This document shows, piece after piece, positions 43,574-52,785 of a stretch of DNA of 64,000 bases; position 1 is the stretch's first letter, and every line of letters starts with the position of its first letter. The DNA lies in assembly GCA_965215335.1 (NCBI GenBank), contig CBDCDA010000002.1, positions 1,024,001 to 1,088,000 of the forward strand, read 5' to 3'. Below the pieces are notes generated by a model, which saw only the letters and a program-made list of their open reading frames with translations, was not told the DNA's origin and did not search any database. The DNA is from an uncultured Candidatus Entotheonella sp. (GTDB taxonomy: Bacteria; Tectomicrobia; Entotheonellia; Entotheonellales; Entotheonellaceae). The position numbers and the translations under genes are program-made.

Positions 43574-44629
43574 TCAGTAACCTGGAAGGTTTTGGTTGGT
43601 GGGCGCATCATACTCAGCCTGTCGCTGGGCTGTCAAGGACGAATGCGACCCTGTGAGGGCCATGATCCGGGCGGCGAGCTTGTGCGCGTCGTGGCGAATC
43701 AGGTGCATGCCGACATGCGTGCCGGCGGCCCGTGGGCGGGTGTAGGCGCGCAGGGTTTCGGGGTCCGGGTGCTCGACGAAGTCGGCGGTGATGAGGCCGG
43801 CATCGGCCGGCCTCAGGTCGTTGACGACGGGCCGGGCGCCCTGGGGCTCGTAGAGGCGCAGCAGGTCCGGCGGCAGCGGGGCATCGTTGACGAGCACCAC
43901 GTCCACCGGGCGGCCCAGGTAGGGTTGCAGGGTTGTGAGGTGACGCCGGGCGGTGTACCCGTCGGTCTGCCCCGGCTGGGTCAGCAGATTGAGCACGTGA
44001 ACAATGGGCGCCCGGCTGCGGCTCAAGGCCTGCTCGACGCCGGCGTGCAGAAGCACGGCAATGACGCCGGTGAGCAGGGAGCCGGCGCAGATGATCAGCA
44101 GGTCGGCGGCGGCGATGGCTTCCGTGACGGCGGGATGGGCGGGAGTCGGGGGCTGCAGGAACAGCCGTTTGACGGGCGACGTGGGGCGTCGCTGCATGAT
44201 TTGCCACTCGCCGATGAGTCGGCGCCCGTCGTCGAGTTCGGCACCGATTTGGGTATCATCGTCGGATACCGGCAGTACGCGTTGGGTGAAGCCAGCGGCC
44301 TCACGGATTTCGGCTGCCGCCGCGTTGAGGCTGCCGTGCTGGCTGGCCAGCGACGCCAGGATGAGGTTGCCGACGCTGACGCCGTCCAGGTCCCCGGCTG
44401 TGAAGCGGTGTTGCAACAGCCGGCCCCAAGGCGACTCGCTGTCGGCCAAGGTGCTCAGGCACTGGCGTGTATCGCCCACTTGCGGGATGTGCAACAGACG
44501 GCGGAGTTGGCCACTGTGGCCGCCGTTGTCGGTAACCCCGACGACAGCCGTGACCTCGCACGGGTGTTCACGCAGGCCCCGCAGCAGGGTCGCCTGTCCG
44601 GTGCCGCCGCCCAAGGTGACGATGTGCAT
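43574..44629 (-). CDS. YvcK/CofD-related (UDP-GlcNAc-binding) protein
   Basis: GGGTG, DNGGHSG.LR, TQPGQTDG, IRHD. Confidence 0.88.
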   Translation of the reverse strand: MHIVTLGGGTGQATLLRGLREHPCEVTAVVGVTDNGGHSGQLRRLLHIPQVGDTRQCLSTLADSESPWGRLLQHRFTAGDLDGVSVGNLILASLASQHGSLNAAAAEIREAAGFTQRVLPVSDDDTQIGAELDDGRRLIGEWQIMQRRPTSPVKRLFLQPPTPAHPAVTEAIAAADLLIICAGSLLTGVIAVLLHAGVEQALSRSRAPIVHVLNLLTQPGQTDGYTARRHLTTLQPYLGRPVDVVLVNDAPLPPDLLRLYEPQGARPVVNDLRPADAGLITADFVEHPDPETLRAYTRPRAAGTHVGMHLIRHDAHKLAARIMALTGSHSSLTAQRQAEYDAPTNQNLPGY

Positions 44630-44636
44630 GTCGGGG

Positions 44637-45506
44637 CTACTCCGTCAGGCACGCCGTTCGCCGCTGCCGCCACACCGCAGGACCACCGAGATTCCAGGCA
44701 TCCGTTCCGTACTTGGTGTGCCGCAATGCCGCGGTCAGACGGCGCTCGGCAGGTGACAGGTCGCCGGCTCTCAGCTCGACGCCGCCAGTCAGGCACTCGA
44801 CAAAGCCCTGGCGCAACGCCCGGTGCAGCGCTGCGGCATCGAGCGGCGCGGCCGCAACTTCATTTACCGCCACCATGCCTGCGTACGCCTCGCGGAGCAG
44901 TTGCGCGCGCCGGTCGGCTGGCACACGCAAACACGCGAACAGGCGCTGCCGGTCCATGGCCAGGGGAATCGAGCCGTGCTGCAGCAGGGAATGGCGCCCG
45001 CGCTTCTGGGCGCTGCCGACGAGTTTTCTGCCGGCGGCGCTCAACTCGTAGCGCGACATGGCCGCGAAGCAGGCCGGGGACGTCGACCGGGACGCCGCGG
45101 TGAGGACGCTGGGACGCTCAAGGCGCACCGCCAGCCCCGCGAAGCGCAGGGCCGCTGCCAGCGCGAGGCCGATGCGATGGTAGTGTTCCGTGATACTGGC
45201 TTCCCGATCCGCCAGCCACAGCGGCATCACGACGCTGTACGTCGCTTCCTGATCGTGCAGCACCGCGCGCCCACCCGTCGGACGCCGCACCAGTGTCACC
45301 CCGTGTTGCCGGCAGGCGGCCCCGTCGACCTCTTTCGCCACGCTTTGGGCGTATCCCAGCGACAGCGTCGGCGAGGACCAGGTGTACACCCGCAGCGTCG
45401 GCGGGCTCTGACCGGCCTCGTGCGACAGCAGCAGGGCCTCGTCCACCGCCATGTTGAAGGCCGCGTCGTGGCAGCCGGTATCGAGGAAACGCCATGCCGT
45501 GGCCAA
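44637..45506 (-). CDS. Lipoate-protein ligase/octanoyltransferase (LipM/LplA-like)
   Basis: NMAVDEALL, RRPTGGRAVLH, KLVGSAQ, LQHGSI. Confidence 0.9.
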   Translation of the reverse strand: MATAWRFLDTGCHDAAFNMAVDEALLLSHEAGQSPPTLRVYTWSSPTLSLGYAQSVAKEVDGAACRQHGVTLVRRPTGGRAVLHDQEATYSVVMPLWLADREASITEHYHRIGLALAAALRFAGLAVRLERPSVLTAASRSTSPACFAAMSRYELSAAGRKLVGSAQKRGRHSLLQHGSIPLAMDRQRLFACLRVPADRRAQLLREAYAGMVAVNEVAAAPLDAAALHRALRQGFVECLTGGVELRAGDLSPAERRLTAALRHTKYGTDAWNLGGPAVWRQRRTACLTE

Positions 45507-45517
45507 GGGTCCCTTTC

Positions 45518-45895
45518 TCAGGTAATGGTTGCCTGGTAATCGTTGGCGCTCATCAGCGCCTGCCAGTCGCCGGGATTGGAAGCCTCGATGACGACCAGCC
45601 AGCCGTCCCCATACGGTTCGCGGTTGACCAGTTCCGGCGCGTCGTCCAGCCGGGCGTTCACCTCGACGACCGTGCCGCTCACGGGCGCGAACAGATCCGA
45701 GACGGCCTTGACCGATTCCACGACCCCGAACGATTCCCCCGCCGAGACGCTGCGGCCGACCGAAGGCAGTTCCAGAAAAAGCACCTCGCCGAGTTCCGCC
45801 TGCGCGAAATCCGTAATGCCCATCGTTACCCGGTCGCCCTCGCGCCGCACCCACGTGTGTTCGCTGCTGTAGCGCAAGTCCCGCGGAAATTCCAT
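45518..45895 (-). CDS. gcvH: Glycine cleavage system H protein
   Basis: GITDFAQ..LG, VESVKAVSD lipoyl lysine, PYGDGW. Confidence 0.95.
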   Translation of the reverse strand: MEFPRDLRYSSEHTWVRREGDRVTMGITDFAQAELGEVLFLELPSVGRSVSAGESFGVVESVKAVSDLFAPVSGTVVEVNARLDDAPELVNREPYGDGWLVVIEASNPGDWQALMSANDYQATIT

Positions 45896-46042
45896 CTCTG
45901 CCTCCCTCCTATCTTGTGACGCTATTGTACAAGAATCGTGACGCGGGTGGGTAACCCCGCGGCGCGGGACCTTTACGGGCAGGTGCGTATGCTGATACAG
46001 TCCTGCCACCTACAAACGGGTTTCACCCCTGACAGGTCAAGC

Positions 46043-47614
46043 ATGGATCATCGCCCCGCGCCCGAATCGCCCGCCGCCGTCCCGCCCCGCTTCGCCGCTG
46101 CCCTATTGCTGGCCTCGCTCGCCGGCGTGCTGACCGTCTCGCCCATGTTGCACGAACCCCTGTGGCCGCTGGCCTGGGTCGGCTTGTTGCCGCTGTTCGT
46201 TGCCCTGCGTGGCGTTTCTGCCGCCAGGGCGTTCGTGCTCGGCTGGTGGACGGAAACCCTGATGTACGGGTTGGGGGCCTATTGGCTCGTCAACACCATG
46301 GTCGATTTCGGCTCCATCCCGTTGCCGCTCAGCCTGCTGTTCTTCGTCATTGTCGCCACCGCCAACGGCGTACGCATGGGACTCTTTGCCTGGTGGGTGC
46401 GACGCATGCAGAGCCACGAGAGTCCATGGTGGTGCCGCCTGCTGCTGCCCGCCTGCGCGTTCGTCGCCCTGGATTTCGTCTTCCCGCGCGTCTTTCCCTG
46501 GTACCTCGGCTTTCTGCAATACCCGGCCTTGCCGCTCATCCAGGTTGCTGACCTGACCGGCATTCACGGCGTCAGTTTCATTCTCGTGCTGTGCAGCGCT
46601 GGTGCTGCCGCATGCGTGGCGGCCCGCCAGTCGCCTGCGGGCGCCGGGCGTTACCGGATGGCCGCGGTGGTGGGAGGCGTGGTCTTGCTGCAGGTCGGCT
46701 ACGGACTGTGGCGCATGCCGCAGGTGGCCGCGGCGATGCAACAGGCCGAGAGCCTGCGGGTGGCGCTCGTGCAGTCGAACCTTGGTATCGAGGAAAACGG
46801 GAACGGCGCCAAGCGCCGGGAACACCTGCGATTGCTGTCGGAGATGAGTGCGGCGACTCTGGCGCAAGAGCCGGATTTGGTCATCTGGCCCGAGAGCGCC
46901 TACCCCTATGCGCTGGCGACCCAGGAACCGTTCCTGTACCTGCCGGAGGGGACAACGAACGAGGTCCCCTGGTTGGTCGGCGGGATGGCCTACGAGGGTC
47001 CGGACGACGCGCGGCGGTTGTTCAATTCCACCTGGTTGGTGGCACCCGGGCAGCAGGTGATCGGGCGCTATGACAAGCACGTCCTGCTCGCCTTTGGCGA
47101 ATACGTCCCCATGCGGCGTTACCTGCCGTTCCTGGGGAGCATTTCGCCGGCAATCGGCAATTTCACCCCCGGCCAGGGGACGCGCCTCTTGAACCTGCCG
47201 GGCGGCGCGTCCATCGGCCCCTTGATCTGTTACGAAGACATCATGCCGCAACCGGCCCGCCTGGCGGCTCGCCGAGGCGCGCGGGTGCTGGTGAACCTGA
47301 CGAACGACATGTGGTTCGGGCCGACCCGCGCGCCGTACCAGCATCGCAATGCGGCGGCCTTCCGGGCGGTGGAAAATCGGCGTTCTCTGGTGCGGGTAAC
47401 CAACACCGGTGTGACGTCCATCATCGATGCCGTGGGGCGCGAACAGGCGGCGTTGCCCATCTATCAGCGTGACACGCTGATAGATGACGTGGCGGCTCTG
47501 GAGATGTCCACCGTCTACCAGCGTTTCGGAGACTGGTTTGCCTGGCTTTGTTGCGTGGCGTCTGTCGTGTTGCCGAGACGGCATTTCGTCCGGCGAGGCG
47601 CCGGACGCCACTGA
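46043..47614 (+). CDS. lnt: Apolipoprotein N-acyltransferase
   Basis: Multi-TM N-terminus, WPES, YDKHVL..FGEY, ICYE, TND.WF. Confidence 0.95.
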   Translation: MDHRPAPESPAAVPPRFAAALLLASLAGVLTVSPMLHEPLWPLAWVGLLPLFVALRGVSAARAFVLGWWTETLMYGLGAYWLVNTMVDFGSIPLPLSLLFFVIVATANGVRMGLFAWWVRRMQSHESPWWCRLLLPACAFVALDFVFPRVFPWYLGFLQYPALPLIQVADLTGIHGVSFILVLCSAGAAACVAARQSPAGAGRYRMAAVVGGVVLLQVGYGLWRMPQVAAAMQQAESLRVALVQSNLGIEENGNGAKRREHLRLLSEMSAATLAQEPDLVIWPESAYPYALATQEPFLYLPEGTTNEVPWLVGGMAYEGPDDARRLFNSTWLVAPGQQVIGRYDKHVLLAFGEYVPMRRYLPFLGSISPAIGNFTPGQGTRLLNLPGGASIGPLICYEDIMPQPARLAARRGARVLVNLTNDMWFGPTRAPYQHRNAAAFRAVENRRSLVRVTNTGVTSIIDAVGREQAALPIYQRDTLIDDVAALEMSTVYQRFGDWFAWLCCVASVVLPRRHFVRRGAGRH

Positions 47615-47670
47615 CGCCACTAAGGAGAGAAGAGCAGGCCGGACACCTGCCCTTTCCACGGGGGGGGGGG

Positions 47671-47958
47671 TCATTCGGGGCGTATTTCGTCCACCTTGGC
47701 CCGGGCGGCGTCTTTGTCCTTGAACCAATCGGCGTTTATGGGCGTGAAATCCTTCCACTCGTCCGGCACGTCCTCTTCCGTGAAAATGGCCTCCACCGGG
47801 CATTCGGGTTCGCAGGCACCGCAGTCGATGCACTCGTCCGGATCAATGTACAGCATGCGGTCTTTGCCTTCCTCGAAATGAATGCAGTCCACGGGGCAGA
47901 CATCCACGCAGGCTTGATCCATGACGTCGATGCACGGGTCGGCGATTATATAAGTCAT
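47671..47958 (-). CDS. 7Fe-type ferredoxin
   Basis: C..VCPVDCI and [12 protein letters not shown]. Confidence 0.93.
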   Translation of the reverse strand: MTYIIADPCIDVMDQACVDVCPVDCIHFEEGKDRMLYIDPDECIDCGACEPECPVEAIFTEEDVPDEWKDFTPINADWFKDKDAARAKVDEIRPE

Positions 47959-48106
47959 TTCCTCACATCCTCCATTTTCGACTCTGAAACGTTGACACGC
48001 ACGGGTGCCCTCGCTGTGCGTCAACCACGGCTGCTCGAGGCCGTCTACAAAGATACCTTAACCACACAAATTCTGGCAAGGCTGATGCGAAGCCAGAGCA
48101 GGGCGC

Positions 48107-48793
48107 TTATCCGGCTGTGTCAACCGGTTGCGGTGACGAAGTGGGATGTGGCAGCGTCAACCGGCCGTTGGCGACGGCATGCGCCTGAGAATGATTGGCG
48201 TAGGTTTTCCAGTCCGGCACGTATTGTTTCGACTGATTGCCCCACGTGTGCCAGCCTTCCCTTGGGCCTCGGGCAAACAGCTCAAGGTAGGGCCCCGGAC
48301 TGCACGACTCAATGATGTCGTACTGCGCGTCGGGTTTCCGGCTATGCTCCCTCTTTTGGGACAGGACGATGTTTTCCTGGCTCCGCCCCCTCTGCAGGGT
48401 CCTTGCATGTTTGCCTCGCACGCCGAACAGAATGATTTCCGTGACGTTCCTGAAATAGAATCCAACCCCTCGCCTGTCGGGTCCACCGTCTTTGCGCACC
48501 TTGTACCAGATCAAATTCGTCTTGTACGCGAATCCCCATTGTTCCATCACCTGCAAGCCCTGCGGCAGCAGGGCATTCGGCACCCAGAGGTAGAGATGGG
48601 CGACGTCGTGCACCATCGACGTCACGGGCAAATTCCCGATTTCCTCGAATGACAGCGTGGGATAGCGCGACAGCCGCTTGTGTTCCGGGGCCATCTTGCC
48701 GGTCTTGTTGTGAAATCGCCACGGCGGGTCCGCGAGCACGGTGGAGAACCTTTTGCCACCTGTTTCCTGCAAGAGGCTTTCAGCTGCGCTCAT
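48107..48793 (-). CDS. MT-A70 family adenine methyltransferase
   Basis: ADPPW, LYLWVPN, FRNVTE, HSRKP, LELFAR, WGNQ. Confidence 0.93.
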   Translation of the reverse strand: MSAAESLLQETGGKRFSTVLADPPWRFHNKTGKMAPEHKRLSRYPTLSFEEIGNLPVTSMVHDVAHLYLWVPNALLPQGLQVMEQWGFAYKTNLIWYKVRKDGGPDRRGVGFYFRNVTEIILFGVRGKHARTLQRGRSQENIVLSQKREHSRKPDAQYDIIESCSPGPYLELFARGPREGWHTWGNQSKQYVPDWKTYANHSQAHAVANGRLTLPHPTSSPQPVDTAG

Positions 48794-49383
48794 CGGTCGT
48801 CCTCCACGTACAGGGATTTCGAAATCCCAAATACCAGCAAGGGGCACCCGGCCCCGCCGCCGCCTTCGATACGCGGCAGCAGCTTGCTCATGTGAGTCGT
48901 CGAGGCGCCATAGGAAGCACCACGGCCGAGATCGTTGAAGATGTCCTGAAGGTCGTCGCACCGCGTCATGATCACGCCCACGCTGATGGCTCTCAGGTCG
49001 AACAACAATCGGAAGTTGTTCAAGTCCCTGTCATAGAACGGGTCCTTGTTGTTCCACTCGATTTCAAGCGCCACTCGATTCCTGAAGCAGTCGATTTTGT
49101 GGGTTGGGGTATCCGTTCGCTTGCCGTCGACGACCATTTCGGTTCGGAATTCCTTCTCGGTCCATCCCCGTCGATACAGATAGCTGTCGATGAACTGTGA
49201 AATTTTGGACTTTCTGCCGCCCGGATTGATGATCCAGCTCCTCAGCAGGCGAAACTCCGTCAGAACCGATACGATGTCGTTCCACTCGTTGACAAAATCC
49301 TGTTTCAGGATGGCGCAGGCATGCTTCCACTCATGGATTTCGTAGTGCGTGCGAATGAATTCGGGAAGCAGGTCTGTGCTCAT
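48790..49383 (-). CDS. BglII/BstYI family restriction endonuclease
   Basis: THKID...VALEIEWNNKDPFYDRDL, GGGAGCP; stop overlaps the MTase start (ATGA). Confidence 0.88.
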   Translation of the reverse strand: MSTDLLPEFIRTHYEIHEWKHACAILKQDFVNEWNDIVSVLTEFRLLRSWIINPGGRKSKISQFIDSYLYRRGWTEKEFRTEMVVDGKRTDTPTHKIDCFRNRVALEIEWNNKDPFYDRDLNNFRLLFDLRAISVGVIMTRCDDLQDIFNDLGRGASYGASTTHMSKLLPRIEGGGGAGCPLLVFGISKSLYVEDDR

Positions 49384-49595
49384 GCGATCTCCATATTCAG
49401 GATTAAATTGGCGGCACCCTATGGCAGGCGATGGATGAAGTCAAGCCGAAGACACCACGATCTGATCCCGCCGATTCGGTGTGGCGACAGGCTGACAACG
49501 TGGGTGCGTTGAGAGGTGCCGGAAAGTAGATTACACTTCCGCCGCGGTCCACACGAAGACCAGGGATGTCCGTTGCTTTACCTGTGGTTGGTACG

Positions 49596-50018
49596 ATGAT
49601 GAAGACCAGACTGTACAAGCCGTTTCTGGTATGGCTGTGCTTGCTCATGGCGATGGTCATGGGCGCGTGTTCTCAGGGCGAGAGCAATGCACCGGAGATA
49701 TTGCCGCAGGATCTCATGGCGCACATGACGGCGGAGGCGCCGCCGGTGGTCCTGGACGTGCGGACAGCGCAGGAATATGAGGCGGGGCACGTACCCGGCG
49801 CCATCAACGTGCCGCACAAGGCGTTGGCCGGCCGGCTGGCGGCAGGGCTCGGCTTCCGCGACCGGGAAGTGGTGGTGTACTGCGAACGCGGCAGGCGTGC
49901 GGACATGGCAGGAGCCGTATTGCGTGAGGCGGGTTTTGGCTCGGTGCGGCGCCTGCAGGGGCACATGGTCGAATGGCGCCGCCAGCAACTGCCCGAAAAC
50001 AGGGGCGTAGACCCATAA
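49596..50018 (+). CDS. Exported rhodanese-like lipoprotein
   Basis: Lipobox MGAC, LDVR..EY..GHVPGA, YCERGRR. Confidence 0.88.
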   Translation: MMKTRLYKPFLVWLCLLMAMVMGACSQGESNAPEILPQDLMAHMTAEAPPVVLDVRTAQEYEAGHVPGAINVPHKALAGRLAAGLGFRDREVVVYCERGRRADMAGAVLREAGFGSVRRLQGHMVEWRRQQLPENRGVDP

Positions 50019-50036
50019 ACCCGCAGGGGGCGTGGT

Positions 50037-50852
50037 GTGACGGACACGAACAAGCTGGCGCAAAACGTCATCGCCGTGGCCAGCGGCAAGGGTGGTGTAG
50101 GCAAGTCGACGGTCGCCGTCAACCTGGCGGCGAGTCTCGCTGCCGAGGGGGCCGAGGTCGGGCTGCTGGATGCCGATATTCATGGCCCCAACATCCCGAT
50201 CATGATGGGCATCCGCGACCGGCCCCGCCTGGGTCAGGACCGCCACATGGTGCCGTTGGAAAGGCATGGGGTCAAGCTGATGTCGGTAGGCTTCCTGGGC
50301 GGGAGTTCCAAGCCGGTGATCTGGCGTGGCCCGCTGGTCGGTCGCATGGTCAAGCAATTCCTGTACAACGTCGCCTGGGGAAAGCTGGACTACCTGCTCA
50401 TCGACCTGCCCCCCGGCACCGGCGATGCGCAACTGACGCTGACCCAGTCGGTTGCCCTTACCGGCGGCATTATCGTTTCGACGCCGCAGGACGTGGCGTT
50501 GCAGGACGCCTTGCGGGGCATGGACATGTTTCTGAAGGTCGAGGTGCCGATCCTCGGGCTCATCGAGAACATGAGCTACTTTTTGTGCCCGCATTGCCAC
50601 GAGCGCAGCGACATTTTCTCCCACGGCGGCACGCGCGCCGCCGCCGAAGCCCGCCAGGTGCCCTTCCTTGGTGCCCTGCCGCTGGATACCAAAATCCGCC
50701 AAGGCGGCGACCTCGGCGTTCCGATTGTGGTGTCAGAAGCGGATTCCAGCCACGCGGACTGCTTCCGCAGCATGTGCCTGGAACTGCGGGCCGGCATCGA
50801 ACAAACCCGCGCCAGTCAACTCGCGCGCACCCCTCAAATCGACCAGGACTGA
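50037..50852 (+). CDS. mrp: Mrp/NBP35 (ApbC) Fe-S carrier ATPase
   Basis: SGKGGVGKST, DADIHGP, DLPPGTGD, ENMS..CPHC. Confidence 0.94.
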   Translation: MTDTNKLAQNVIAVASGKGGVGKSTVAVNLAASLAAEGAEVGLLDADIHGPNIPIMMGIRDRPRLGQDRHMVPLERHGVKLMSVGFLGGSSKPVIWRGPLVGRMVKQFLYNVAWGKLDYLLIDLPPGTGDAQLTLTQSVALTGGIIVSTPQDVALQDALRGMDMFLKVEVPILGLIENMSYFLCPHCHERSDIFSHGGTRAAAEARQVPFLGALPLDTKIRQGGDLGVPIVVSEADSSHADCFRSMCLELRAGIEQTRASQLARTPQIDQD

Positions 50853-50859
50853 CGGGCCG

Positions 50860-52677
50860 CTAGACCCGTTGCCCGGCGGCCGTCAAGCGCCGGTCCAGGT
50901 CGTAGGCGGCGCTGATCAGCGCCAGGTGCGTGAACGCCTGCGGAAAGTTCCCCAGATGTTCGCCGTGCGGGCCCAGTTCCTCGGCGAACAGGCCAAGGTG
51001 GTTGGCGTAGCCCAGCGCCTTTTCGAACAGAAACCGCGCCCCTTGCAGGTCGCCGCTGCGCGCCACGCATTCCACGAACCAGAAGGTGCAGATGCAGAAC
51101 GTTCCCTCGCCGCCCGCCAGTCCGTCGGCTACCTCTTCCGTGCGGTATCGGTACACCAGCGAATCGTCCACCAGGTCCTGGTGGACGGCCTTCAGGGTAG
51201 ACAGCCAGCGCGGGTCCTTGGGGCCGATGAACCGCACCAACGGCATGATCAGCGCCGAGGCGTCCATGGCCGTCGTGTTTTCGTGTTGCACAAAGGCCCG
51301 CCGCGGTTCGTTCCAGAACTTGGTAAACACTTCCCTGTAGATGCTGGTGCGCACCTTGTGCCAGCGATCCAGCGGCGCCGGCAGCGACCGCTTATGGGCC
51401 AGCCGGAAGGCGCGGTCAATGGCCACCCAGCACATGATGCGCGAGTACAGGAAGGCCTGCTGCCCGCCGCGCACCTCCCAGATCCCCTCGTCCTTGCGCC
51501 GCCAGTTGTCGCAGACCCAGTCGACCAGGCGCGTCAGATTCTCCCACAGGTCGTACGAAATGGGATCGCCGTACTTGTCGTAGAGATACACCGAATCCAT
51601 CAGTTCGCCGTAGATGTCGAGCTGCAGCTGGTCGTACGCGCCGTTACCGATGCGCACCGGCGACGATTTGAGATAGCCCTCCAGATGCGGCAGGTGCTCC
51701 TCCGTCAGGTGATGGCGGCCGTCGATGCCGTACATGATCTGGAGAGAGCCGTCGTCGTTCGGCTCCGCACAACGCGCCTCGATCCACTTCATGAACTCGC
51801 CCGCTTCTTGCGTGTACCCAAGGCGTATGAGACCATACAACGTGAAGGAAGCGTCGCGGATCCAGGTATAGCGATAATCCCAGTTGCGCTCGCCGCCCAC
51901 CTCCTCGGGCAGGCCGAACGTCGCCGCCGCCGCCACCGAGCCGTGCAGTCGGGAGGTGAGGAGTTTCAACGTCAGGGCAGAGCGGTTCACCACTTCTCGC
52001 CAGCGCCCGCGATAGGTCGAGCGCGCCACCCACCGGTGCCAGAAATTGACCGTATCTTTGAACGAACGCGATACGTAGTTCGACGACGAGGCCGGGGAGG
52101 GCTCACCGGGAATCGCCTGCTCCAGAGTGAACGACACCGATTCGTTGCTCCGCAAGGTGAATTCGGCAATAGCGGCGCCGTTCTCGATGCGCACCGGAAC
52201 CTCCGTACACAGGCGCAGGGCGGTCTTGTCCGGCCCGTCGGAAACGAACAGGATGCCGTCGAGCGTTTGTGCGACCCTGTGGGTCGCACGTCCGTAATCG
52301 AAACGGGGCTCGCAAATCATGCGGAAGATGATCTCGCCGCGCACGGTCTTGACCCGGCGCACCAGGTTGTGAGCGTGGCCGTGGCCATCTTCTTCCAGGG
52401 GCATCAGATCCGATACCTCAGCCACCCCTTCGTCGGACAGAAAACGGGTCAGCAGGACATTCGTATCGGGCAGGTAGAGTTGTTTGTGATTCGAGGTGGC
52501 AAATATCGGGGCGATCTGGAACCGCCCGCCTTTCTTTTCGTCAAGCAGGGCCGCAAATACCGTCGGCGAGTCAAAGTGCGGGAACGACATGAAATCGATC
52601 GACCCATTCATCCCGACGAGCGCCACGGTATGAAGGTCTCCGATCACGCCATAATTTTCAATCGGCTGGTACGGCAT
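50860..52677 (-). CDS. Glycoside hydrolase family 15 (trehalase/glucoamylase-like)
   Basis: RNWDYRYTWIRDA, QLDIYGE, GIWEVR, GNFPQAFTH. Confidence 0.93.
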   Translation of the reverse strand: MPYQPIENYGVIGDLHTVALVGMNGSIDFMSFPHFDSPTVFAALLDEKKGGRFQIAPIFATSNHKQLYLPDTNVLLTRFLSDEGVAEVSDLMPLEEDGHGHAHNLVRRVKTVRGEIIFRMICEPRFDYGRATHRVAQTLDGILFVSDGPDKTALRLCTEVPVRIENGAAIAEFTLRSNESVSFTLEQAIPGEPSPASSSNYVSRSFKDTVNFWHRWVARSTYRGRWREVVNRSALTLKLLTSRLHGSVAAAATFGLPEEVGGERNWDYRYTWIRDASFTLYGLIRLGYTQEAGEFMKWIEARCAEPNDDGSLQIMYGIDGRHHLTEEHLPHLEGYLKSSPVRIGNGAYDQLQLDIYGELMDSVYLYDKYGDPISYDLWENLTRLVDWVCDNWRRKDEGIWEVRGGQQAFLYSRIMCWVAIDRAFRLAHKRSLPAPLDRWHKVRTSIYREVFTKFWNEPRRAFVQHENTTAMDASALIMPLVRFIGPKDPRWLSTLKAVHQDLVDDSLVYRYRTEEVADGLAGGEGTFCICTFWFVECVARSGDLQGARFLFEKALGYANHLGLFAEELGPHGEHLGNFPQAFTHLALISAAYDLDRRLTAAGQRV

Positions 52678-52785
52678 GACGACTCTCCTTGCACAGCACG
52701 TTGAAAGAAGGACTCACTTCCTCCACGACATGGTTACGGTTTACCCAAGAGGCGCGCAATTATACAGGAACCGGGGGCCGGGACG

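Noticed and set aside
47660..47670. G11 homopolymer as a phase-variation tract
   Set aside because: It lies between two convergent stop codons, so slippage would not change a reading frame or promoter.
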